Shown here: positions 38,213 to 47,511 of the stretch, piece by piece
How positions within the stretch are numbered: the first letter of the stretch is position 1
How the letters are laid out: each line of letters begins with the position of its first letter
DNA from: Ignavibacteria bacterium
Lineage (GTDB): Bacteria; Bacteroidota; Ignavibacteria; Ch128b
DNA: 64,000 nucleotides
Assembly (NCBI GenBank): GCA_013177855.1
Contig: JABLYA010000005.1
Span: 7,426-71,425 of the forward strand
Direction: 5' to 3'
The notes under the pieces: model-generated
The model's database searches: none
Seen by the model: only the letters and a program-made list of their open reading frames with translations
What the model was told of the DNA's origin: nothing
Made by a program: the position numbers and the translations under genes

Positions 38213-39310
38213 ATGATTGATAAATTTAAAAATGAATATGATACATATATTTCTGATATAGAAGATTTCTTTGACCTACCAGAATATATTCAAGATAAAA
38301 TATTAAAAAATCCATATTTTGATTATGTAAAAGTCTGGGATAGATTAGATTCCGAACAAAAATTATACCTTCTTCAAAGTTTTAATATAAAATATGAAGA
38401 ATTATGGTCTAAATTAACAACAGTTGAAAAATATAGTGTAATACAATATGTTAATAATTTTGATTGGCGAAAATATACACCACAACCAAACGATGATGAA
38501 TTAAATATATTATTAGAAAGAGATGATTTTGATGTAGAAGAATTTTTTGATAGACTTTCTGAATTACAAAAATTAAGAGTATGTAGTAAAAAAGATTTTA
38601 AATATCAAAGTTTTTGGGATAAATTGACATATAGTATGAAAAGGGAGATAGTAAGACATAATATTATCTTTGATCCTGAGCCATATATAGAGGAATTAAA
38701 AATTAAAGATTTTAAAATAGAAGATGAAATTGAAACATTTTCTTTATTAGATGAATATTGTGAAAGAAAAGTCACAAATCCATTACATTATGAAAAGATT
38801 TGGAATCACCTAGATAAATTTCAAAAAATGAAAATTGCAATAAATAATGAACATTATATTGTTAATGATAAAGAAGAAATATTTCAATTATTTAAGTCTT
38901 ATCCAAATCAAATGATAGATTTTATAAAATACAAGATAATACCTCAACCAGATTTATTTAATAAAGGTGTTGAGGAAATTGAATTTGATAGGTTACCAAC
39001 AAATATAAAAGATTTAGCTCTTGATATTTTTAAAACATTTAATCTTATACACTACGAAGATATGGAAATGATAATTGAAGAAATGAAGCAAGGTAATATT
39101 GTAATAATAGCTGAAAAATATAAAAATTTACTTCCTTGTTGTATAGTTAAAGTTAAAGAATTTGAGAGCACCAATTGTGCCATACAGAAAATTAAACCAG
39201 GTTATTATTTTTGTGAAATAATACCAAGAAGATTTATACCTATAAAAGATTACAATTATGTATTAAGAGAATCAAAATTAGAAAGATTATTAAACAATTC
39301 AGATGATTAA
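38213..39310 (+). CDS. Hypothetical protein with internal W(D/S/N)(R/K/H)L...QK(L/M) repeats
   Basis: VWDRLDSEQKLYLL, LWSKLTTVEKYSV, FFDRLSELQKLRV, FWDKLTYSMKREI, IWNHLDKFQKMKI. Confidence 0.5.
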   Translation: MIDKFKNEYDTYISDIEDFFDLPEYIQDKILKNPYFDYVKVWDRLDSEQKLYLLQSFNIKYEELWSKLTTVEKYSVIQYVNNFDWRKYTPQPNDDELNILLERDDFDVEEFFDRLSELQKLRVCSKKDFKYQSFWDKLTYSMKREIVRHNIIFDPEPYIEELKIKDFKIEDEIETFSLLDEYCERKVTNPLHYEKIWNHLDKFQKMKIAINNEHYIVNDKEEIFQLFKSYPNQMIDFIKYKIIPQPDLFNKGVEEIEFDRLPTNIKDLALDIFKTFNLIHYEDMEMIIEEMKQGNIVIIAEKYKNLLPCCIVKVKEFESTNCAIQKIKPGYYFCEIIPRRFIPIKDYNYVLRESKLERLLNNSDD

Positions 39311-39335
39311 TAATATAAAAAAGAAAATGTTTTTT

Positions 39336-39585
39336 ATGAAAATTAGACAAGGTTTTGTAAGTAATTAAAGTTCAAGTAGTTTTATTATACTTGGTGTACC
39401 TTCAGACGAAAGCATTAAAAAAGATGGCATCTCTTTATGTAGAAGGAGAAAATTATGACCCATGTGAAGGCGATTTTGGCGAATTAGATATGAAGTTATT
39501 ATCAGAAAAATCAAAATTTATCGCTGAACAACTTGGTGTAGATGAAAGTGAAGTAAAATTAATTTATGGTGTTAGACATTCTTAA
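39336..39585 (+). pseudogene. Decayed small gene (in-frame TAA plus a frameshift)
   Basis: MKIRQGFVSN*SSSSFIILG..., with TAA at 39366-39368 inside what looks like a serine run. A frame change at A6 (39417-39422) leads into ...MASLYVEGENYDPCEGDFGELD.... Confidence 0.45.
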
Positions 39586-39595
39586 TCAAAATTTT

Positions 39596-39790
39596 ATGCG
39601 ATACAAAGAAATTGAAAGAAAGTTTTTAATAGATCCAGAGAAAATACCATTTGAGATAAAAAAGTTACCATACCTTGATATAGTTCAAGGTTATGTAACA
39701 TCAATAGAGAAAGATTTAACATTCAGGTTAACTTACAATTAGCAATTAACGGATTGCCAGAAAAATAAAATAATTATACATGGAAGAAAA
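39596..39790 (+). pseudogene. CYTH-domain protein remnant
   Basis: MRYKEIERKFLIDPEK... carries the EXEXK CYTH signature. There is an in-frame TAG after ...TFRLTYN, and a later segment ..HIRTEKEREEITQEI lies in another frame. Confidence 0.5.
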
Positions 39791-40316
39791 ACACATTAGA
39801 ACAGAAAAAGAAAGAGAAGAAATAACACAAGAAATACTTAATTTTCCACCACCTGTAAAGACTCGTGGTTTTGAAGAAGTAGAAGAAAAACACAAAAAAA
39901 AAAATACAAAATGTAGAAACGATACTACCGACAAGAGGTAGTCAATTATCTGCTGGTTATGATTTCTATTCAAAAGAAGAAACAGTTATATTACCAGGAA
40001 ATAAACATATTTTTTGGACAGATGTTAAAGCATATATGATGAAAGATGAAGTTCTTGAAATATATGTTAGAAGTTCTATTGGTATTAAGAAAGGTTTAGT
40101 GTTAGCAAATGGTACTGGTATAATCGATTCTGATTATCATAACAATCCTGACAATGATGGTAATATTGGCATTTGTTTGAGAAATGAAAGTGATGAAGCA
40201 CAATCTATTATGGTTGGTGAAAGAATTGCTCAAGGTATTTCAAAAATTATTTAGTAGCCGACAATGTTTCAGAAACTCAAAAAAGAACTGGTGGTATAGG
40301 CTCAACCGATAAATAA
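39780..40316 (+). pseudogene. dut: Trimeric dUTPase disrupted by two homopolymer frameshifts
   Basis: KTRGFEEV...LPTRGSQLSAGYDFYS...VRSSIGIKKG...GIIDSDYHNNPDNDGNIGI...GERIAQGI(F)...RTGGIGSTDK. Frame changes occur at A11 (39894-39904) and in a T-run near 40238. The N-terminus is derived from the CYTH remnant. Confidence 0.7.
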
Positions 40317-40317
40317 A

Positions 40318-41290
40318 ATGGTGACAGGATTTACATATGCAGATGATTACGAATCACCTGAGGAAAAACTTAGAAAAAAAAACGTGAAAAGAAACGTAAA
40401 CTTCGTGAAAAGAAAATAAAAAGAATTTTTAAAAATGAGTAATTTTATAGTAAGTGGTATTAGTTACTATCAACCATTTTATCAACCTACACAAATGGGT
40501 GTAACATCATATACATTTGCTTGATCTGGTACTTCTTCTTTAGAATCAGAAGAAGAAAGAGTTGTTAGAGTTTGCAAAAAGAGAAGAGGGACTTGCGAAA
40601 CAAAAAATTAGAACGAATTTATGGACGAGAATCAAAAGAAAAAGGTTCAAGACAAGTGGAGTGTGATATTGGACAAACTTAATGTTGATGAAGATAAAAA
40701 GGAATGGCTATCAGAATATGCTGAAATGCATCAAGCTCAAATATTTCAAGATACAGGAACAACAAATTCATTTCCATCATTATTACCTATTGCTAAAAGA
40801 ATCGCAGCCGGAACCATTGCTTTGGGATTTGATTATGAATCTGATGAAAGAATACAGCGAAGAAAAAGAATTCTGAAACTTAAAAGAATTTTAAGTGATA
40901 GTGAATTTCAAGATGTTGTATCAAAAGAAGAATATGAAGATATAATAGTTGAAAAGAAAGATTGTCATAACCCTGGTTTAGTTTCTGTGCAACCATTATC
41001 AGCACCAATTGGTATGTTATTTTATATGGATTTTATATATGAAAGTCCAGAAGAAAAATTAAGGAAACAACGAAACGAAAAACTCAAACGAATATTAGGT
41101 AATGATTCAGAAAGTGGAATATCAGGAGAAAATGAAGAAGATTTACAATGATGTTTGTTTTCATTCTTCGTTGCAACACACTATTTTAGAAAGCACATAG
41201 AAACGTGGATTGGTTGGATTACAGATAACAGAAAAAAGTTAAAAAATTATTAGGTAAAGACACTGTGTAAAGTGTTTTTTTTTTCATTTT
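40318..41290 (+). other. Array of about 5 diverged mini-modules, each an MCP-like hydrophobic strand followed by (Y/L)ES, an acidic patch and a basic helix ending (L/I)(K/E)(R/K)(I/L)(L/F/Y)G
   Basis: VTGFTYADDYESPEEKLRKK(fs)REKKRKLREKKIKRIF; GVTSYTFA*SGTSSLESEEERVV..LAKQKLERIYG; TIALGFDYESDERIQRRKRILKLKRIL; GMLFYMDFIYESPEEKLRKQRNEKLKRILG; ..ITEKKLKKLLGKD. Several frame breaks occur, including A9 at 40374-40382. Confidence 0.55.
40621..41151 (+). CDS. Paralog of the major capsid protein N-terminal region (about the first 150 aa) with basic-helix insertions
   Basis: DKWSVILDKLNVDEDKKEWLSEYAEMHQ compares with MCP KKWAPVLDHLQVSDIEKRTWMAEYAEMHQ. SLLPIAKRIAAGTIALGF compares with NLLPVSMKIAAQTIGLDL. 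GLVSVQPLSAPIGMLFYMDFIY compares with DLVAVKPASSPRLELLFVDFKY. Confidence 0.65.
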   Translation: MDENQKKKVQDKWSVILDKLNVDEDKKEWLSEYAEMHQAQIFQDTGTTNSFPSLLPIAKRIAAGTIALGFDYESDERIQRRKRILKLKRILSDSEFQDVVSKEEYEDIIVEKKDCHNPGLVSVQPLSAPIGMLFYMDFIYESPEEKLRKQRNEKLKRILGNDSESGISGENEEDLQ

Positions 41291-41296
41291 ATATAA

Positions 41297-41307
41297 TTAA
41301 TATATAT
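41297..41307 (+). promoter_or_regulatory. TTAATATATAT 22 nt upstream of ATG 41329
   Basis: Matches the 11-mer at 10 of 11 positions. Confidence 0.4.
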
Positions 41308-41328
41308 TCAAAAATGGTATATCCTATC

Positions 41329-41999
41329 ATGAAATATATTAAATCATTTGAGAACTTTATAGTTGAATCAAAAGAAAAAGATTCACGATTAAAAGCTGTT
41401 GGTGTTGAAGGTTATAATAAACCTAAGATAACCCATAAAAATAAATTAAAAATATGCCAATGTTAAGAAATTCCACTTTAAATCAATTAAAGAGGATAAA
41501 TGATGAAATAAAAAAACAAGGTGGTGTCACAGATAGAAGAAGTGATTCAGAAAAAGATTGTGCAAAAGTTTTATGGATTCACGATCCTATTGATGCTGAT
41601 AAAAGTGGTAAGAGAAAAATTGCTACCATTGATCAAATGATTAAGATTGACATACCAGATGCACCAACAAAGGTAAAAATGAAAAATGAGATGTTAATTA
41701 TGAATTTTGAAAAATTTAATGAAAAAGACGAATTTATAAAAATGTGTGAAAATTTTGAAAAATCGGTAAATGAGTATAATGAAGATGTTCTACAAGATTT
41801 AAGTAAAAATTTTCAAAAAATTGCATCAAAATTAGTAAAAAATAATAAGGAACATGAATACTTTAGAGAAACTCTAAATGATATTCAAATTGTATTAAAA
41901 AATCATGATATTATATTTAATGAAATCATAGATAGATTAGAAAAATTGGAAAACAATTTAGTAAATTTAGTTAAATTAAATAATTTAAAAACAAAATAA
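41329..41999 (+). CDS. Hypothetical protein with CTS-like leader, with a frame break at an A5 run
   Basis: MKYIKSFENFIVESKEKD.... Adding one A at 41448-41452 joins it to the 41454..41999 ORF (..KNKLKNMPMLRNST..). Confidence 0.5.
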
Positions 42000-42049
42000 A
42001 TAACTTATTTGGATTATTTCCAAAATATTAAAAAATAAATACAAATAAT

Positions 42050-42838
42050 ATGAAAAATATTTTAAGTTTTGACAAAATGTTCGAAAATGGTCCAAATGAC
42101 ACACCAGTAGAAATTAATAGAAATATGAAAACTATTAAAAATTGGTTTTCCGAACCAGAATACAACGCTAAAAAAGAAATGGTGGTAGGTTTGGTTGGAA
42201 ATTTTATTGATACAGGTAAAGTGAAAGGTTATATCAATAGAATTGAAGGCAATGATGTTATTGTTGATTCTATCGTTGAACCATATGGATTGGTAAAAAT
42301 AACAATGAAAGAAGCATTAAAAGGTTATAAACCAGAAAAAGAAACTAATAAAAAAGTTGATATTTCTATACAAGGACCTAATAACAAATCACTTGGCGGT
42401 GCTCCAAAAGAAGGTGGTGGATACTCTACAAAACTTGATGGTAAAGGAACAGATGTAAAAGACCAAAAAATTTCAGATAAGAATAATAAGGAAGTCAAAA
42501 TTAAAAAATTATCTGACTTAGCAGATGATTTTGATAGTACTTCAATCAAAACAAAGAGTGATACTATTGCACCAAAAATTGATGGAAAAGGTTCAGAAAC
42601 AAAAGATTCCAAACAAAATTCAAAAATTTATAAAGATAATAAAATTGATAAATTAGAAGATTTGTCACAAGAACCAAAAGGTGGAAAAATAAGTAAAAGT
42701 GAAAATACACCTGATAAAACAGTTGATGGTAAAGGTGATAAAACCAGTGATAATAAGATAACAAATAAAAATACAAGTGTTAAAACATTTTCACAAATGT
42801 TACAGTCTGATTTTGAAGGACCAAAAAGTAAGAAATAA
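42050..42838 (+). CDS. Hypothetical K/D-rich protein with three DGKG repeats and a CTS-like leader
   Basis: MKNILSFDKMFENG...; KLDGKGTDVKDQK / KIDGKGSETKDSK / TVDGKGDKTSDNK. Confidence 0.5.
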   Translation: MKNILSFDKMFENGPNDTPVEINRNMKTIKNWFSEPEYNAKKEMVVGLVGNFIDTGKVKGYINRIEGNDVIVDSIVEPYGLVKITMKEALKGYKPEKETNKKVDISIQGPNNKSLGGAPKEGGGYSTKLDGKGTDVKDQKISDKNNKEVKIKKLSDLADDFDSTSIKTKSDTIAPKIDGKGSETKDSKQNSKIYKDNKIDKLEDLSQEPKGGKISKSENTPDKTVDGKGDKTSDNKITNKNTSVKTFSQMLQSDFEGPKSKK

Positions 42839-42881
42839 TTAGTTAAAAAATTAATGAAGTACATTAAAAAATAGTAATTCT

Positions 42882-43679
42882 ATGGGTCTTATTAGGAAAC
42901 AATCATTATATCAGTTATTAATGATTCAAAATATGATGAATCAAGAAGTTGGAGACATCGGTGAAAAAACAACCAAGGACTATGAGAATCATTATGATAC
43001 TAAAAATGATACTGATATAACCGATGATGTTGCATATGATATGTCAAACAAAATACAATATTCTGGTAAAAACCCAGATTGGAATTATATAACAAGGTTT
43101 GGTCAAGGTAATTTTGGAGAATGTATTGGTGATTTAACAGACCAAAAATATGCAAATCATTATTGGACACAAAACCCATTAGATCAAGAAGTTCATAAAG
43201 AACTTGATACTTATGAAGATTTTGACCAAATGTTTAGTTTTGCTCCATCGTGGAGTAAAAGAGATAAGGATAAAGTACAGAAATTAGATTATCCTGACAA
43301 AGAACTATTTAAACCAGTAAAATATTTAAAACCTAAGAAAAATGAAAGTTATTCAATAATAAATGAAAGTAGAATATATAAATTCGATCAATTTGTTAAT
43401 GAGAATAAAGAATGGATACCAAAAATAGATGAAATATCAATTATACTAAATTATTTAAAGATTAATTACCCAATAAAAGAAAAAACATTACGTATTGATA
43501 AATCTAAATCAATTAAATACATTATGATAGATAATAAACCACAATATTTTGATGGATTTTTTGCAAATAAAACAAGAATAAGAAAAAAATTATATCAAAA
43601 AATCAAATATAAATTTGAAAATTTTCAATATTCATCAATAAATAAAGCTATTAAAATTTATATCAATGAAGAATTATAA
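42882..43679 (+). CDS. Hypothetical protein
   Basis: ORF only. Confidence 0.5.
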   Translation: MGLIRKQSLYQLLMIQNMMNQEVGDIGEKTTKDYENHYDTKNDTDITDDVAYDMSNKIQYSGKNPDWNYITRFGQGNFGECIGDLTDQKYANHYWTQNPLDQEVHKELDTYEDFDQMFSFAPSWSKRDKDKVQKLDYPDKELFKPVKYLKPKKNESYSIINESRIYKFDQFVNENKEWIPKIDEISIILNYLKINYPIKEKTLRIDKSKSIKYIMIDNKPQYFDGFFANKTRIRKKLYQKIKYKFENFQYSSINKAIKIYINEEL

Positions 43680-44285
43680 TAATTTCATAAAAGAGAATAA
43701 TGAAGATAATGAAATAAAGATAAGTTGAACTATCTTATTATGATTTTATTAATGTTTATAATGTTTATAAAGTAGTAGATTTTAAAGATGGTTACGGCAA
43801 CGATATATGTAAAATTGTAGAATTAGTTAAAGAAGATCCTGGTAAATGTAATTTCGCAAACAAATCAAATAAATATCACTTTCTTGCAGCAATTCAAAAT
43901 AAAACTTTAATAGGCGTTTTCTATAAACAACTAAGAGGTAATCCTGACTTATATGATGATGGTTATATTATCTCACAAGGCGCAGGTAAAGAATTGTTGA
44001 TGGGTATGAGAAAACTTGGAGCCTATACAACATTTTCAAAATTAAGTAACATACCAAGTTTAAAAACACAAATACAAATGGCTGCAGAGTTTATCTGCAT
44101 GACAGACTCATCACCAGAAAAACCTTCTGGTACATACAACAAAGAATCTTATTAGTGGTGATGAAAAATTCTTCCTTTTCGAGTTTTCAGAATTCTTAAC
44201 AAAGAATAAAAACATCATTGTTGCCGAACCAAAAGAAGGACTAGCAAGTAAAATTATATTTTATTTCGTTTTGGGGAAATTATAG
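43666..44285 (+). pseudogene. GNAT-like acetyltransferase with CTS-like leader, with two frameshifts
   Basis: MKNYNNFIKENNED..., then in another frame ..HFLAAIQNKTLIGVFYKQ...GYIISQGAGKELLMGMRKLG (GNAT motif A-like), then a third frame to TAG at 44283-44285. Confidence 0.45.
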
Positions 44286-44325
44286 AAAACTTTTTATATA
44301 AATTATTATATATTTTAAAAAATCT

Positions 44326-44751
44326 ATGAAATATTTATATTTAATCTTATCGTTACTTCTATTTAATTTTTATAGTTATTCTCAGAATAGGACTATTTCT
44401 GAATCGACAAAAAAAATCGTTTATGCAAGAGATATTGTTTGCCAATGTTGTGGTAGTTCTGAAAGTTTGGAATATGATCATATTACACCATATTCTTGTG
44501 GTGATAGTAACGATGCTTCAAATATTCAGTTACTTTGTCAAAAGTGTAATAGAAGTAAATCAAACAGTTGCTATTGTAAAATACATAATAGGAAAGTAGG
44601 TACTAATTGTTGTGATGGCAGTTCAACTAAAACTAATAGTAGTTCTTCCACATTAAGACAATGTACTGGAACAACAAAAAAAGGAACCAGATGTAAAAAT
44701 AAGACAACTAATTCTAATGGTCGTTGTTATTTGCATTGTGTGAAAAAATAA
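44326..44751 (+). CDS. HNH endonuclease with N-terminal signal peptide and C-terminal Cys-rich motif
   Basis: MKYLYLILSLLLFNFYSYSQ; CQCCGSSESLEYDHITPYSCGDSNDASNIQLLCQKCNRSK; CTGTTKKGTRCKNKTTNSNGRCYLHC. Confidence 0.7.
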   Translation: MKYLYLILSLLLFNFYSYSQNRTISESTKKIVYARDIVCQCCGSSESLEYDHITPYSCGDSNDASNIQLLCQKCNRSKSNSCYCKIHNRKVGTNCCDGSSTKTNSSSSTLRQCTGTTKKGTRCKNKTTNSNGRCYLHCVKK

Positions 44752-44760
44752 ATAAATTAT

Positions 44761-45078
44761 ATGAAAAAAATCATTTTTATCTTAATTGCAGCATTTGCAA
44801 TTAGTCTTACATCATGTAGTAAAGATACGACAGAACCTTCTCCAACATCCAATGGTTGTACAAGTGTAATTTAAAAAAGGAATAATTTAAATAATGTAAA
44901 ATTATCAATTGGATCAACAACAGATGAAAGAAAAATAAATTGGTATAGACATATTATAAAATATTCTTTTGATGGAATAAGAGAAACCGAAAAATTAGAC
45001 AATATAGGAAATAAAATATATTATTATGATATTGCAAACATAGAAATAAAAAATAGGGAAAATAATAAACTTATTTAA
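44761..45078 (+). pseudogene. Small lipoprotein gene interrupted by an in-frame TAA (37-aa product as written)
   Basis: MKKIIFILIAAFAISLTSC (lipobox). TAA is at 44872-44874, and the same frame then stays open for 67 more codons to 45078. Confidence 0.45.
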
Positions 45079-45246
45079 GTTGCAAATAATTATAAAAGAT
45101 TTTAAAATGGTATCAGAAAATTGTTATTTAAAAGTTCTTTCTATTCTGTTCTTTGAGCCTCATTATAAAGTCTGTTACCATTTATATCTTCTATAACTTC
45201 TTTAATGATATATTTAAATTTCTCCATATTAATTGATTAAAGTCTG

Positions 45247-45567
45247 ATGCAAAAAGAATCTTGGAATTATATAACAATGAATAATATCAACTGGAACATC
45301 AGTGATTTAAATTGGCAAATTAAAATATTACGCAAATATTATCCAATTGGCATGGAAGTAGAATTATGGGAAAATCCAAACTTAAATAATATTGATATTA
45401 ATAGAAGTCATAAATTTATAATAATAGAATATAAAAAAAGATCGCATTATACTTTAAATGTATATGATCCAATAGATACTTGTTGTTTGGAAATGCATCC
45501 AGGATTTTTCAGACCAACTAAAAGATATTTGAGAGATAAAAAATTAGAAAGAATATTACAAACTTAA
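45247..45567 (+). CDS. Hypothetical protein
   Basis: ORF only. Confidence 0.45.
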   Translation: MQKESWNYITMNNINWNISDLNWQIKILRKYYPIGMEVELWENPNLNNIDINRSHKFIIIEYKKRSHYTLNVYDPIDTCCLEMHPGFFRPTKRYLRDKKLERILQT

Positions 45568-45629
45568 ACCTTATATTCATATATAATATATGGAAAAATT
45601 TCCAAAAAAAAAAAACAATCAAAATATAA

Positions 45630-47081
45630 ATGCTTGTAGACTTTGAATATAAGAATCATAATTTAATATGTTCATACATTGATAAATCTGGTCAAATAAA
45701 ACTTAAATATTATCCTTGGACTCCAACAAAATTTATACCTACATCACAAGATGATCCCGATAGGTCTGGAAAATATGTTACTTGGGATGGACGTCCAGTA
45801 AAAGAAATTTACACAAAACATCCTAATAAATATTCCATATATGATTTTCTTGACACATTACCAGAAGAAGAACAAAGTATGTTATTTGATTATCACGAAC
45901 CAAATATATACTTTATAGATATTGAAAATGAAATTCTTGATAAGAAACCTCAACCTCATTTGGCTGAAAGTAAAATTCTTTCAATTTCAATTATTTGCAA
46001 AAATAAAGCACTTGTCATTGGAATAGACCCATTATCACAAAAAGATCAAAAATCAATCCAAAACGATATTAATAATGAATACGGACGTATTTTTGATAGA
46101 GAATGGGAGTTTAAATATGTTCAGTATAAAAATGAATATGAATTATTGTTAAATTTCTTTAAAGTATTTGTACCTAAGATGCCTGTTATGACAGGTTGGA
46201 ATTTCAAACACTATGACTGGGTATTTTTAGTAAATAGAGCAAGAAAATTAGGTATTGATCCATCAATGTCTTCATATACTGGTCTTCTTTATGAAGAAAA
46301 TCAAAATGATCCAAAAAACTACTGTGAATTGCCAGCACATAGAATTATTATTGACTATATGGAAATATTTTCTAAGTGGGACACATCTATTAAAGTAAAA
46401 GAATCATTAGGATTGGATTTTGTTTCAGACAAAGTTCTTAAAGTAAAGAAAGTTAATTATGAAGGTAACCTTAAAATATTATATGAACAAGATTTCAAAA
46501 AGTTCGTGTATTATAATGCAGTTGACTCAATTCTTGTTCAATTAATACACGAAAAATCAAAACTTGCTGATATTCTTTATGGTATTGCAACATTAAGTAG
46601 AACAACTGTAACAAAAGCATTATCAACTCTTTCTATCACTGAAGGTATTTTGAGAAAGAAATTAAGAGAACAAAAGAATATAGTTTTGGTTAAGAATGAA
46701 GAAAGTGTAGGTGGTTCTGCTGTAATTGGTGGTTGGGTAAAAGAGCCAATCAGAGGTATGGCAACTTGGACTGCTTGTTTTGACTTTGCTTCACTATATC
46801 CAACAACAATGCGACAATTTAATATATCTGCGGACTCATATAAGGGTCAGAAAATAAATGAAAATTATGCTTTATTTAACGGTCAACAAATAGAATTAGA
46901 TCCAACTGACATTATTACAAAAAATGGTGCTGTATTTAAGAATGAAATTGGAGTAGTAACACAAGTTATGGGTGAAATTTATGCTGATAGAAAAAAATAT
47001 AAAAATATGATGATTCAAAAAGCACATGAATTAGATGAATTGAAAAGAGAATTAAAAGAATTAGAAGATAGTCTAATGTAA
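45630..47081 (+). CDS. gp43: Family-B DNA polymerase, N-terminal part only (exonuclease domain through motif A)
   Basis: ExoI is YFIDIENE, ExoII is TGWNFKHYDW, ExoIII is YYNAVDSILV and motif A is CFDFASLYPT. The ORF stops about 85 aa after motif A, without motif B (KxxxNSxYG) or motif C (YGDTDS). Confidence 0.8.
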   Translation: MLVDFEYKNHNLICSYIDKSGQIKLKYYPWTPTKFIPTSQDDPDRSGKYVTWDGRPVKEIYTKHPNKYSIYDFLDTLPEEEQSMLFDYHEPNIYFIDIENEILDKKPQPHLAESKILSISIICKNKALVIGIDPLSQKDQKSIQNDINNEYGRIFDREWEFKYVQYKNEYELLLNFFKVFVPKMPVMTGWNFKHYDWVFLVNRARKLGIDPSMSSYTGLLYEENQNDPKNYCELPAHRIIIDYMEIFSKWDTSIKVKESLGLDFVSDKVLKVKKVNYEGNLKILYEQDFKKFVYYNAVDSILVQLIHEKSKLADILYGIATLSRTTVTKALSTLSITEGILRKKLREQKNIVLVKNEESVGGSAVIGGWVKEPIRGMATWTACFDFASLYPTTMRQFNISADSYKGQKINENYALFNGQQIELDPTDIITKNGAVFKNEIGVVTQVMGEIYADRKKYKNMMIQKAHELDELKRELKELEDSLM

Positions 47082-47101
47082 AAAAAAATAATAATAAATA
47101 T

Positions 47102-47326
47102 ATGCAACAACCTCATAGAGTTTCAATGGAAATGATGAAGAATGCAACTGAAATCAAGTGTGAATCTTGTGGTCATGATACATTTGAAGAAGTTATTAAA
47201 TTAAGAAAAATATCAAAACTTATTACAGGAAGTTCAAAGGATACGTTAATACCAATGCCTATGTTTGCTTGTAAGAAATGTGGTAATATTAACAAAGAAT
47301 TTGATATTACAGATTTAACTTTATAA
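47102..47326 (+). CDS. Small zinc-ribbon protein
   Basis: CESCGH...CKKCGN. Confidence 0.5.
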   Translation: MQQPHRVSMEMMKNATEIKCESCGHDTFEEVIKLRKISKLITGSSKDTLIPMPMFACKKCGNINKEFDITDLTL

Positions 47327-47355
47327 AAAAAGAACCAATTGGTTCTTTTTTTTAT
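47325..47355 (+). terminator. Rho-independent terminator
   Basis: Stem agaacca/tggttct followed by a T-run. Confidence 0.7.
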
Positions 47356-47511
47356 TTATAATAAAATATTTCTTTATTTAATTCATTAATTTAGTTTCCT
47401 TAATTCAATTATTTCATTAAATTTTTTAATGTAATTTTCATAATTTGTTTTTGTTGTGAATACAACTTCGTATTTTTCTCTTTTGTCTATATTTTATTAA
47501 ATTTCATAAAT

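Noticed and set aside
39366-44874. In-frame stop codons considered as evidence of stop-codon reassignment
   Set aside because: The in-frame stops are of three different kinds (TAA, TAG, TGA) and are rare. They are confined to genes that also carry frameshifts. All long genes end in ordinary stops, often followed by terminators.
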